Assembly (NCBI GenBank): GCA_977862235.1
Contig: OZ374558.1
Span: 186,001 to 250,000, forward strand
Direction: 5' to 3'
From: Dudresnaya verticillata
Lineage: Eukaryota
Length of the DNA: 64,000 nt
Below are positions 25,141 through 35,999 of this stretch, piece after piece. The notes beneath the pieces are model-generated. The model did no database searches. It had not been told where the DNA came from and worked only from the letters and a program-made list of their open reading frames with translations. A program made the position numbers and the translations under genes. The stretch's first letter is position 1; each line of letters begins with the position of its first letter.

Positions 25141-27399
25141 TTAATCAGACAATAGGTCGATGACCTCGTCCTCCTCCAGCGGAGGGTTAGGCTGCGGAGC
25201 CGAGTGAGATATCACTACGCGATGGACCTCGCGTACAACGCGACGCCCTCGACCAAGTCGACGACTACCGCGCTCGTGGCGCGATTCCCCGTTATCATCG
25301 CCTCGGCTCCCCGCTATCGGCTGGTCGATTTCCATCGCATCCACACGGTGAGCCGTCGCGGAAACACTGGGATCCACTTCATCCTCTTCTTTGACGACTA
25401 ACTCTGTCTTCACGACCACGTCGTCCTTATCAATTGGAGCCTTCTCGGCCTGGGCCCCCTCTTGAGTATGAAGCGTTGTGGGCTTTGAGCCCTCGTTGCC
25501 CGGGGCAACCGCTTTCGATCCCGAAGCCGACTCCGGGGCGTTATGCTTCAACATGGCTTGAGAGCCAGTCAGTGGGCAGTCTTCGCCCAAGAACTCCCCC
25601 GAAGGGGCAAAGCCGGCTAATGCCGTGGTAGGTGCTTGTGGCGTCGCCAACGAGGCGACCGCCTCCTGATGAAGACCTCTCTCGACCGGCTTAGAAGCCG
25701 AAGCCCCGCCCTTCAACACCGTCGCCGACGATTCCTCCCGAGGCACCACTGCTATGTCCTCGCTCGTTTGAGCACGAGGATCAATTCCTGCGACGCTGGT
25801 CGACTCCATCTTAACTGATGACATCCCAATATGGCCTATGCCACGACGCGGAGCAGGATCGGCCCTTAGGGCGCGTTTGCCAAGTGGCGGAAGAGACTCG
25901 AAGTGAGCACGGAGACGCTCCATTTGGTCAACAGGACCTGGGGTCCTCATCCACTCGCTCTCGTAGTCTACCATGACTTCTTCCACCCAATCCGCGAGGC
26001 TGTGGATGTTCAGGTAACGAAAGTCCCAATGAGCAAAGAGGCGAATAGCCAGACCACGCCTGTTGAATACATCTCGGATAACCTGATCCGCCTTCGCATA
26101 AGCGGATGCAGTAGGTGCATGAGGCCCTGGGGCCTGACCATCGACGGTAGTGTCAAAAAGCGGAACATCTTCCGGAGTCTGCGGCCCTGGCTCACGCCAC
26201 TTGACACTAACCCAACCAGTGGTGACACCGGTCATACGAATGCCTTCGTCAAGAGTGAGAGGACTCTCCTCAGACGGTTCGGGTTGGACCATATACTCGG
26301 GCAACACCGGGTGCCACTTGACTGGATCAAAGTCGACCCAGTCCCCGCGGTTGAAAACCGGTGTCAGATGTCCTGTATTTTCGGGAAGGTGGCGATTGCG
26401 CTTGGAGATCTGACTCCACCAGATACGCTCCACGAAGCGCATAAGGGCTTCCAAGTCCTTGGCATCGGACTCATCCGCACATAATCCAGCCGGACCCAGA
26501 GCCCTAACTGCAACCCGAAGCGGTTGGGAAATGAAGAATAGCAGGCCACGGCGAGCTTCGTACACTAATCTCTGAGCCACAAGCACGATCCATTCGTGAC
26601 AAAAGATGTTCCATAGCACGCTGTCGTCCATGGCCTTTGCCATCATCTCCAAGCCAAGGTAAGCAATAATGGTTGGAACCCCCACCGGCATGGAATAAGA
26701 GACCTCATAATTCGCGTGGTCATCCGGGACCTGTGGGTACTTCCCATCATAGAACTCCGGCTTGAGAGCCGACACCTCCTGACAATGGCAGGGCACTAGA
26801 CAACCCGTCTTATGACGCTGACGTCGCTCGAAGCGAGTGTGTTCTAACGGCTTCGCAGTCTGGGGATTATCCAGAGCATACTTCAAATTGGAAGACTCGT
26901 CCCATCGTACGACGCGGGCGAGAGTATATGGGAAGTTATCCCTCCCGGCCCGAATAAGTGGTCGTTGGTGCATTACCATGAGGAGGTCCCAGTCGCCCCT
27001 TTTATGGATCTCTTCCAATATGGTGGCTTCCGACGCGAGCTTCCGAGCTATTGTGTTGCTCCAGGGCACCTCGTGCCGAAACCGGACATATGCGAGGTCC
27101 CACTGTAGGAAGCTGGCATCGCCTTCGAGTCGAGGAAGGAACCGGTTCGTCCCCGTAAGGGTACTAACCCTAGCCCGTATGAGGGTATTCTATACTCGGC
27201 TTTGAGCCACTCGGCTGCCGCGTCGGCGAATCTCTTCGCGACTGGCCCCTGCGCGCACCTTGAGGTGTGCGAGGTCTGTACGCAGAAGCCAGTCGCGGCT
27301 CTGGGAGACAGCCAACGGCACTCCAGCCGCATCCACTTCGTGGCCTAGCACATTGGCACTAGAGCCAGCGGCCCCATAGGCCAAACGAGGCGGTGCCAT
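25141..27399 (-). CDS. Antisense accessory ORF of element C (~750 aa, one in-frame TAG at 27190), unknown function
   Basis: The 642-codon open frame continues upstream in the same frame through a single TAG to the ATG at 27399 (MAPPRL). The N-terminal two-thirds look globular and Trp-rich; the low-complexity tail ends EEDEVIDLLSD. Confidence 0.8.
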
Positions 27400-27489
27400 C
27401 CGAACGGCGTACAGGGATCCAGATGCCCCTAATACGGCCAAGCCGTCACTTCTTCTTCCTGAAGAAGTCTCCTAAGGCACGGAGGCCTT

Positions 27490-27700
27490 CTGACCGTCGG
27501 CTCCAAAATCACTCCAACGAGTGATGAGCGCGACCCGAAGTTCCCTACGGCTTGAAAGCCGCTCTCCTGCTACTGACCGTCGGCTCCAAAGCCGCTCCGC
27601 AGAGACAGCGAGCGCGACCTGAGTCTTCTACGGCTTCTAAGCCGGCTCGAATACTGACCGTCGGCTCCAAAGTCGATCCGAAGAGACGACGAGCGCGACC
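27490..27700 (-). other. Three ~82-nt repeats forming a conserved RNA stem-loop upstream of the antisense ORF
   Basis: Invariant blocks CTGACCGTCGGCTCCAAA and GAGCGCGACC (plus strand) pair with each other around an inner hairpin whose sequence varies while pairing is largely kept. Units start at 27490, 27573 and 27654. Confidence 0.75.
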
Positions 27701-28289
27701 CGAGAGTTTCTGAAAACTTAGTGAAGAACTTCACAACCGCGCCATGCGCGCTGGATGAAAATGAGCCGCGGCCGGCGTCGCCCAGAAACGCACGGGTAAC
27801 AGCCCAGGAAGGATCGCGTTGGCGTGTCGGCAGCGCCGCAGGAAGTATCGCGTGTGCGTGTCGGGAGCGCCGCGAGGCGGACTGTACGGGCGCGAGCCTG
27901 AGCAGGACGCAACACGCCGGCGTGTCACGGGTTGCAGCTGAATGCGCGGTGCCGATGGTGAAGTTGGCGCACGAGGAGTCGCAGACTGAAGTGGATGACA
28001 CGGGTGAGCCGAGGTGTGGGAGGGTCCCAATCGGCAAAAAGCCGCAGTTGAAATAGGCGTTTGCCCAACGCGCGTTTCGCGCAAACGATATCGGTCGCGT
28101 CGAAGCGCGAGCGCCGACGGCGGTTCTGAAGCTCTGGCAAGTTCCCCGTCTCGTTGAGACGGGGTCGGTGGCGTTTCAGCACACGCGCTTGGCCGGGCCA
28201 ATCAACGGCCTGAGATTGAAATCTCAACGGTTCATATAATTGGAAACAGCGTTGCTGTCCCACTGTACTGAGCGCGGTCGCTCAGTTTT

Positions 28290-28302
28290 AAGAAGGGGGC
28301 CG
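28290..28302 (+). promoter_or_regulatory. Polypurine tract of element C
   Basis: AAGAAGGGGGCCG immediately before the 3' LTR. Confidence 0.85.
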
Positions 28303-29030
28303 TGTGGTATAACAGGCGTTGACGCCCTGTAAGGAGCCACGTGGACACGAGTCCTCTGTAAGGAATGACAGGCGCACAACTGTCCGGGTGACATGGCTGG
28401 TGCTCCGATTGATTTCATTGCTGGAACGCTCCTGCACTGTAAGGAAACACGTGTACAGAGTTGATCTGTAAGGCACACTGCTCCAGATGATATGGCACTG
28501 TGCCATTTGGGGATTAACTATGGCCGCACCATCGCGCCATGCATGGCTGGCGGATGTTTGCCTCGCGGCGCCTGACAGTGGCGCCACGCTCGCCTTGTGG
28601 CCTGACCACTCATTCCTACCTAAGGACATATCCTACCTGTATTGTACAGTATTAGCTAAGTATTAGCCATAGAGCTCTAACTGAGCGAGGAGCACCTTTT
28701 CGGCTCTCGCCGTATTTACGGGGCCCCTGAGTAGCAGGGGCCCGGCACTAAACCGGCAGCGGTCTGTGCCTTGGGTTTTTCCCCTTCTTGGACGCTTACG
28801 GTGCTACCGCTACAACTTCCCTTTGGGCGTCTACAAGCCCTGTCGTCTACGACGAATTGCTCTATTCAGCAGGGTTCGCCTTTCCCTTTTTCCTTTGTTA
28901 GGGCTTTAAGCCCTTTCAAGTCTCTACCACCCCTTTACCGAGCTACCAACCACGCGAGTGGGATCGCTCTTTGAGGACAGCTGTCGTGCCGTGTCGCCGT
29001 CTCTGTTGGCTTCAAAGCCATTCTACTACA
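28303..29030 (+). repeat. 3' LTR of element C (728 bp)
   Basis: Direct repeat of 15708-16434, with about six substitutions and one 1-nt indel seen by eye. Confidence 0.97.
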
Positions 29031-29315
29031 CAGAAATGGGAAGCGAGGTTGCCCGTGTTCACGTGAACAGGTTACGGCGCATTGCGAATGATTTTGTTGA
29101 AACTGTTGATCCTTTGGACGGGGTCTTCCCGGACACTAGAAGGATTAGCAGAAAAATTCCAGAGGTGAGATTAAGGGATGGAAAGCGCTGGTTCAAGGTG
29201 TTTGGTGGTCTCAGTAATAAGCCAGAATGGGTGCAGGAGCAAGATCTGCCGGAATTAATTGTAGCTGAGTTTGATGCTCTAGCAAGTGGATGAGGGTTCT
29301 GGGAGCAGGGCCGAG

Positions 29316-29704
29316 TGTTAGAGACAGGGACATTGGCGCGCATCAGACCCAAATACAAAGAGGAACAGATTTAGGTGCCCACCCGAATGAATCTGGAGGC
29401 ATGCAGTTGAGTCAGAGGACATCACGGCCATGACAGCACTCACCCATTAGAGGACGTTTGGAAGGAGAGTGCCAGGTAATAGCCTAGTACTAAATCCCGG
29501 GAGAGTCATAGAGAACAAGGGGGTTGGAGCCAAGTACAGGTCGGGACTAGTAGTGTAAGTACTGTAGACAGGAGTAGAACCGAGAAAAAGAGGTACCGAG
29601 GCTCAGGAGTTGAGAGTTGCTGTGTACGGCTTCAGTGGGTTCGGTCAGGAACATATCTACGGCGCAACTTGGTGCTGCGTCTACTGAGGGACAGAAGATT
29701 AACA
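29316..29704 (+). repeat. 3' LTR of element D (~389 bp)
   Basis: TGTTA...TAACA termini directly after the purine-rich GGGAGCAGGGCCGAG that follows the pol stop. There is no second copy in the window to confirm it. Confidence 0.7.
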
Positions 29705-29899
29705 CCGGTATCATACGTGTACCACAGTGGGCGATTCGTACAGGTTAAAACCCTCCCTCATCGTCCATAGTCCCTAGAGCCATGGTGGCTTCTCGATCAG
29801 GATAACGGCTCGATGCTGGACAATAAAGTACACTTACCAACATCCAGACGGACATGGATCGTGGCAAGGGGGTTTCATCGCTCCGTGAATCTCAAATGA

Positions 29900-30111
29900 G
29901 GTGTGCGAGGTGTATGATAGAGGATATCTGGACCACCTCCACTGGTATGGAACTGTTCGAGATGTTGCCTCGTTCATCTCATGGACCAAGCGCTGCTGTC
30001 TTCTGGATCTGCAAGTATCGGCCCCTGCGCTTCCAGTACGTCTTGTCTTCCAAGGATGTGGGCAGCAGCATTGAAATATATAGTATACTCAGTGTCGCTG
30101 TTCCTCGACAT
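29900..30111 (-). pseudogene. Truncated inverted paralog of the Sel1-like gene N-terminus
   Basis: MSRNSDTEYTIYFNAAAHILGRQDVLEAQGPILADP aligns to MSRNNDAEYITHFHAT...HILGTADVLEMLGELLSEP of 30729. Stop at 29974. The upstream DNA is also homologous. Confidence 0.75.
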
Positions 30112-30728
30112 CGTGAATGGATATGCGACGAGCGGTGGCGATTTGACGTCTGGATTGTTATCCACTATTTGCACACGTTCAGGAGGGAGGTGTGATGTGG
30201 GGATTGACGAGGGTGGATAAAGGCATTGAGGGCGAAAAATGAGGTTGATGGAGCGGACTAGCGAGTAATGGGGTGAAAGGTTGAGGACAGAGCTGTGCCA
30301 TACCGAGGAGACCGCAAGGCAAATAAGTAGAGGGGTTTTATACTCGGAGAGGCAGTTGGCGGGAACGCTACGGCGGGAACGCCGACGTGCGGAACAATGT
30401 CGATTATTCCTTCTTTTTCACGCGCGAAAAGTTCCCCGAAACAAAGCCATCAGAGCTGTGACACATTAATGGACCGACATTCCTCAACGAGTTCCGGCCT
30501 ACCCCTTGTCCGCTACCAATAAAGCCCACCCTTCCTCCCTCAGCGGTCTTCGTTTTTGTTACGGCTCGACCATTAGCTCCAGCAACTTCGTTTTCCGCCC
30601 AGCCCTCACCGCACTTCTCCCCCCATCGTCGGCAATCCACACGTTGTACTTCACGCCCAAACGAGTACACGCAGTGGAGACCAGTTCAGACGACCTTATC
30701 GCCCCTACTCGTTGCATATTCACTCACG

Positions 30729-31820
30729 ATGTCGAGGAACAACGACGCCGAGTATATTACACATTTCCACGCCACCATCGACATCCTTAAGCGACTTGGA
30801 GTTGTGCACATCCTTGGAACGGCTGACGTACTGGAAATGCTGGGAGAGTTACTATCGGAACCAGGAAGCACTAGTGCTTCGTACATAAGGAGTGCGAGGC
30901 AATTTTTCGAAGAGGTGCATGGCAGTGAGGGCTACGCAGAGACCCTGAAACGGGTCGCGCGCATCCTGTGGGATCCTTCTACCGACGAAAAGTCCTTGAA
31001 AGGATCCATATGTGCCTACACGCTAGCATGTGAACTCTATAGTAGAGCAGCCATGAACTATCGTGATCGAGACGCCACCGTAGCTCTAGCAGATTTGTAT
31101 GCGAGGGGTTTTCATGGAGCAGAGAAGATGCCTGGCTTGGCGATTCCTCTTTACGAAGAAATCATTGATAGCAGCCGGGACACGGATGGGTCGGTGATGT
31201 GTAGACTCGGAAAATTATACGCGTGGCAGTCGGATCCTGCCCTTCAAAACAGGAGTACGGGGATGTTCAAGCGGGCAGTAGAAGAGAAAGGAAATCTAGA
31301 AGCGTGCTACTTGTTGGCTTGCGCAATCCAGGAGCAGTCTGATTCTCAAAATTACGATGTATCCGAGGTCATTGACCTCCTCAAGCGTGCCGTTGAGGGC
31401 ACAAACATTCCTGACGCCCCATATCGTCTCTCTGAAGCGATATATTCCAAACACAAGAAGCGTGCCATCAACCTCCTGGAACATGCCAGCTCGCTGGGGA
31501 GCACCCAGGCAAAGGCGAAACTTGCTCGGTTTCTAAGTGAGGGAACATCGATGATACTGCAGGACAAAGCAAGAGCCAAAGCATTGTGTAGCGAGGTTCT
31601 GGCTTTGGAGAGAAATGCCGAGGCTTATTTTGTGCTGGGAAATCTAGAAAAGAATTCGAAGAGATCCCTAGAGTTGAAGCTTGTAGGGCTGAGTATGGAG
31701 TACAACCAGAGAGCTGTGGTTGAAGTGGCAGAACTGGTTGTTTCCGAACAGCGCAAGAAGCAGGAGAGAAAACTGGAAGAGATCGACAAGGGACGGTCAA
31801 ATGAGCAAAGGCTTGAGTGA
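30729..31820 (+). CDS. Sel1-like repeat (SLR) protein, 363 aa
   Basis: Repeated helix-pair motifs: ALADLYARGFHGAEKMPGLAIPLYE, MCRLGKLY...MFKRAVEEKGNLEACYLLA, AKAKLARFLSEG...QDKARAKAL. Confidence 0.8.
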   Translation: MSRNNDAEYITHFHATIDILKRLGVVHILGTADVLEMLGELLSEPGSTSASYIRSARQFFEEVHGSEGYAETLKRVARILWDPSTDEKSLKGSICAYTLACELYSRAAMNYRDRDATVALADLYARGFHGAEKMPGLAIPLYEEIIDSSRDTDGSVMCRLGKLYAWQSDPALQNRSTGMFKRAVEEKGNLEACYLLACAIQEQSDSQNYDVSEVIDLLKRAVEGTNIPDAPYRLSEAIYSKHKKRAINLLEHASSLGSTQAKAKLARFLSEGTSMILQDKARAKALCSEVLALERNAEAYFVLGNLEKNSKRSLELKLVGLSMEYNQRAVVEVAELVVSEQRKKQERKLEEIDKGRSNEQRLE

Positions 31821-34517
31821 GTGGCTAATGACATTGCGTTTTAGATAGTAAGGTGTGTTTTGTTTGTCGCTGGACTCGCTGTTGTCTCTCTTTTTGATGA
31901 ATAAAGTGAATACTCTCTTGGTTGCAAGCACGTTTGACCCGCGTGCAACCAATATGTTGTGGATCGGAGTGGAACTTTTTTCCCCAGGGTGTTTATGCTG
32001 CTTCTCTGCGCGAAATTTGCGCTCTTAACCACTAACATCACTAGTTCGAAAGTGTCGGAGGCAGGGCCGAGGCTGCGCCATATCCTTTTTGCAAAACAAG
32101 TCTTCCTGCCGTCACCTTCTACTTGCAACGCAATCAATTCCCGTTCTTGAGCGTGTCGAAAAGTCCCACTATCGCCGTGTTTTTCAGGAGTCTGAGCATG
32201 GAATTCACTCCGTGGCCATAGACATCAACGGTCGCATTGGTACAGGGTTCCAGTTTTGCATCGAAAGATGTGCGACTTCCTCGTTCAGAACAGCACCTCC
32301 CCTGTCATTCAGAAACCATCTCTCCTAAGAAGACTTACAAACCTGTTCTTCAGTCTACCTCTACCGGCGTTAACTCCGCCAACTTTCAAGTTGTACTACT
32401 ACTGCCTCAGGGCAGGCACGTCGGGCACTTACGGCGCTATCACCCTTCCGACATGCAGCCATCCAAGATAGTCTACGCCAAGATATGTCACCTACAGTAA
32501 TCGCAATAAGAGAATGGAGGATGGCGCTATCAGGAAGAAGGACGGCGTCCGTTTACAGCCATTTCCGGCTATCGCTGGCCCTGCAACTCCGAACCCTCAA
32601 AACAGAAAGCTAGCCACATGCTGGCATCTGGGGACTTTCCCGATCCCAACCAGCTGTCCAGCCGCCCGCCTTGCACTGCGACCGCACGCACAGACACTCT
32701 CACTTCTGTCACTCTAAGACCTCGATCCATCCGCTGCCGCCCGCATCTGTGACGCCCTGCGAGCCGTCCGTCGTATATACCTCGAAGGCTACCCCTTACC
32801 GCATGCCCCCCAGTAGATCAGCCCACCCGCCACCACAACTTCATTCTGTAGTGTAACACTCCCCACCCCAAAAAGACCGTGTGTCAGGAAATGGACCAAA
32901 GTCGCCCGAGCAGGACCATGTTAAACAACAAACAAAATAGAACAACACTACTGATCCTATTTAACTTTAGACACTACGGGGGTATCCCTTGCTTCACTAA
33001 TTGAAGGGCCATCTCCCACTCGTTGCACTCCAAAGAATCTTTTCCGAGAAGTAGAGGAAGAATCTCAGAAAGATAATGCTCTGGCCGCGTACTAGGAGTC
33101 TTTGTCCACTAGGAAAAGTTCACGAAAAGAACTGAGGACGTTCTGCAGGTATTTTACGCCCCCAACGGCATTTTTGCGTGTTTCGTGGGGGGCCTCTCGA
33201 GCTTATGCCCAGAAGCTTCACCTAGCTGACGTTATTCCCGACAATATTTGCCTTGCCGACGTTGTTAATGAACCTCTTGTCAGCAGGACGCAATACGTGT
33301 TCATCAGGACACACTACTTGTTCATCATCGAGCGATCTATCTCGTTCGACAAAGTACTGATAGGCTGATATGGTTGAGAGCGAGAGAGGGCTTTGCAGCA
33401 ATGGCCCCCGTCGGGGGCAGATACCTTCATCAAACAAGCATATATTTACTAGTAGTGGTGGCATAGTTTACCCAAAGAAAGAGAAGAACCTAGAGCAGTA
33501 ATATAAAGTTAAGAGTAAGCCGCTTAACGGGATTTAAAATTGCACTGTTTCTATAACGGCTGTCAACAAGCTAACGCATAGTGCCTGAGACTGCGACGCA
33601 TTGTAACTGCAAGGATCATTAGGAGGTAAGGTGTGTGAGAAAGTAGAGATTCTCACTAGAAGGAGAAGTATCCCTTCGCACAGCAGGCGGTATTGTCGGG
33701 CTTTTCCCACCTACCGGGATTGAATCGCATGACGGACGGGAGATGAAGCACGAGAAGATCGTGGATGAGGGGTGACGACCGAGCCGTCAAACGCTTGATG
33801 AGTGGATGCGAAGCCAATAACTAATCCGCGGTTGTACAAGAAAATGTCCATACGAAGCTGGTCGTGACGAAGGTCGGTTTGTTGGGTGTCGGTGCCCCGG
33901 AGGTGTCGTGCATTATCTCATCACGGCGCCTCTCCGAATCAGAGCGAGCAGGATTCGATGCAACAGAGGGATTACCATGCTTTTCCTCACATGAGAAGTG
34001 GCGCTCGAGTAGCAATCGGACACCATGGATGCGGAATACATGGTGAAAGAAGATGGGTAGTCGGGTGCGCAGGTTGATATCATAAAAAAGTAAGGCAACT
34101 CTGCAGCAACAACACAACGCGGGTCCCGCGCGGGTCCCGTAACTCTCAAATAGTTGCCTGAAGGCCCTTCGCGAGCGAGGTTGAGGGGCCTATTTCCTGA
34201 TACGATAACGACAATTCTCTTACCGTAGGTTAAGGGCAATGATGGAGGCGGCAAGCTCGCACCTGGTGGAGGACGGCCGAGACCTCAACGCGGCCTTGAC
34301 GGAGCACTGCGGGCGACTTCATTCAAACCAGCGAATCATTTTTGGGTAAAGAACTTTTGGTTTTCTCACCTTCCCGCCAATTCCCCGACCACCACAACAC
34401 AACCGTCGGAGCGCCGGTCGAACGTTCCCCGACGCGTTCTCGTTCCCGCTTACCATTTTTAAACGTTTGTCGCAACATAAAAGGCCATCGTAGGCACCGG
34501 TCCGCTCAAGCATTTTT

Positions 34518-34654
34518 CCCTCCGCTCAACGCTCTCGGCTCAGCACCCTCAGCTCAGCACCCTCCGCTCAAGACCCTCTGCTCAAGACCCTCTGCTCCAC
34601 ACCCTCTCCTCAACACCCTCTGCTCAACACCCTCTGCTCAACACCCTCCGCTCT
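34518..34654. repeat. 14-bp minisatellite (ACCCTCTGCTCAAC, ~10 units)
   Basis: Read directly from the sequence, about 200 bp upstream of the second Sel1-like copy. Confidence 0.9.
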
Positions 34655-34866
34655 ATACACCTGCCTTTCTCTCGTCGAACGCCGGCGAGTCGCAGTCAAA
34701 CAGCAAGGGAAGCTGCAAGACTAAGGTGAACCCGCCCACTTCCCACTAGTTCCTCCGTGTGTTCATTCCATTTGCGTCGCGGAACTTGGACATTGAGGGC
34801 ATCTCCCACTGGTACCCTTTCGGGAAACTACTTTTTGTTTCGCCGGGCGCCCTCGGACAGTGTAAA

Positions 34867-35947
34867 ATGTTCGGTCATACTGACCCGGAGTATTGCGCCC
34901 ACTTCAAGGCAGCTCTTCATCGCTTCGGAGCTGTCTGCCCGGACCAGGGAGACGGACAAGTACTGTATTGGGTGAAATATGTAGAAACCGTGACGCTACT
35001 TGGAAAGATTCTCAGCAAAGCAAACGAGAACGACACCTTGGACGCGACATCCATGCGACGTACGAGGGAATTTCTCGAGGACGCGCATAATAGAGGTGGA
35101 GAAGCAGAGATGCTCAAGGTTGTCGCAGAGACGTTGTGGGACCCGACTCTCGATGAGAACTCACTGCAAGGTTGTCGAAGTGCATATGATTTGGCTAAAT
35201 ACGTATGAAAGATTCGCACGTTCTTTCGAGGACACGAAAACCATACTTGCGCTTGCGGAACTCTACGGGGCAGGTTTCCGCGGAGAAGACAGGGATACTT
35301 CCATGGCCTTGTTCTATTACAAGAGGATCATTATTTTCCGTGAGGACGTGGACGGCGTTGCAATGTGCAAGGCAGGAATTATTCATCGCTCAGACCCAGA
35401 GTATGTGGAGGGACGGAAGGAAGCAATGGACCTCTTCAGAAGAGCGGTAGACGAGAAAGGAAATATGGAAGCGTGCTACTTATTGGCTTGCGCAATCCAA
35501 GAACAGGATGATTCTCATCACGATAGTGCAGCTGAGGTCACTTGCCTTCTCGAACGGGCAGTTCAACATACGGACATTCCTGATGCCCCATACCGCTTCT
35601 CTCAAGCCATTTTCGCCGAAGACAAGAGGCGTTCCATCAACTTACTGGAGCGTGCCGGATTGTTGGGAAGCACCCAGGCAAAGGTGAGACTTGCTCGGTT
35701 TCTAAGTGAGGGAACATCACAGGTACCGCAAGACGAACCAAGAGCCAAGGAATTGTGCAACGAGGTTCTGGCTTTGGAGAGAAATGCCGAGGCTTATTTT
35801 CTGCTGGGACATCTAGAAAAGAATTCGAGGATATCCCTAGAGTTGAAGCTTGCAGGGCTGAGTATGGAGTACAACCAGAGAGCTATGGTTGAAGTGGCAG
35901 AACTGTTTGTTTCCGAACAGCGCAAGAAGCAGGAGAGAAAAACGTAA
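34867..35947 (+). pseudogene. Second Sel1-like repeat paralog with one frameshift near 35197
   Basis: MFGHTDPEY...LWDPTLDENSLQGCRSAYDLA aligns to 30729, then the alignment continues in another frame (TYERFARSFEDTKTILALAELY). The lesion could be real or an assembly error. Confidence 0.8.
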
Positions 35948-35999
35948 GAGAAGGAAGCCGGACGTTCGACAATGCAAAGCCCGGAGTGAATGGCTAATG

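Larger units (their letters stand above)
15708..29030 (+). mobile_element. Structurally complete gypsy chromovirus (element C, 13.3 kb)
   Basis: Two ~99% identical TGT...ACA LTRs, a 5-bp TSD CAGAA (15703-15707, 29031-29035), PBS, gag, pol with chromodomain, an antisense ORF and a PPT. Confidence 0.97.
14325..29704 (+). mobile_element. Older gypsy element D (RH end, integrase, chromo-like tail, PPT, 3' LTR), split by element C
   Basis: [14 protein letters not shown] (RH) at 14330, then HHCC and integrase core at 14690-15545. The reading WLGPYIIGEALRKISYIVRAE|MGSEVARVHVNRL is rejoined in frame when 15708-29035 is removed. The ORF ends at 29293 and is followed by a purine-rich tract and an LTR. 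Confidence 0.9.

Noticed and set aside
25141..27399. env gene
   Set aside because: Antisense orientation, no signal peptide, and no convincing C-terminal transmembrane anchor.
27490..27700. Hammerhead ribozyme (CTGA and GAA words)
   Set aside because: The CUGAnGA and GAAA cores are absent in the required arrangement on both strands.
31850..34500. Short ORFs between the Sel1-like genes
   Set aside because: No recognisable motifs or consistent splice structure could be supported by eye.
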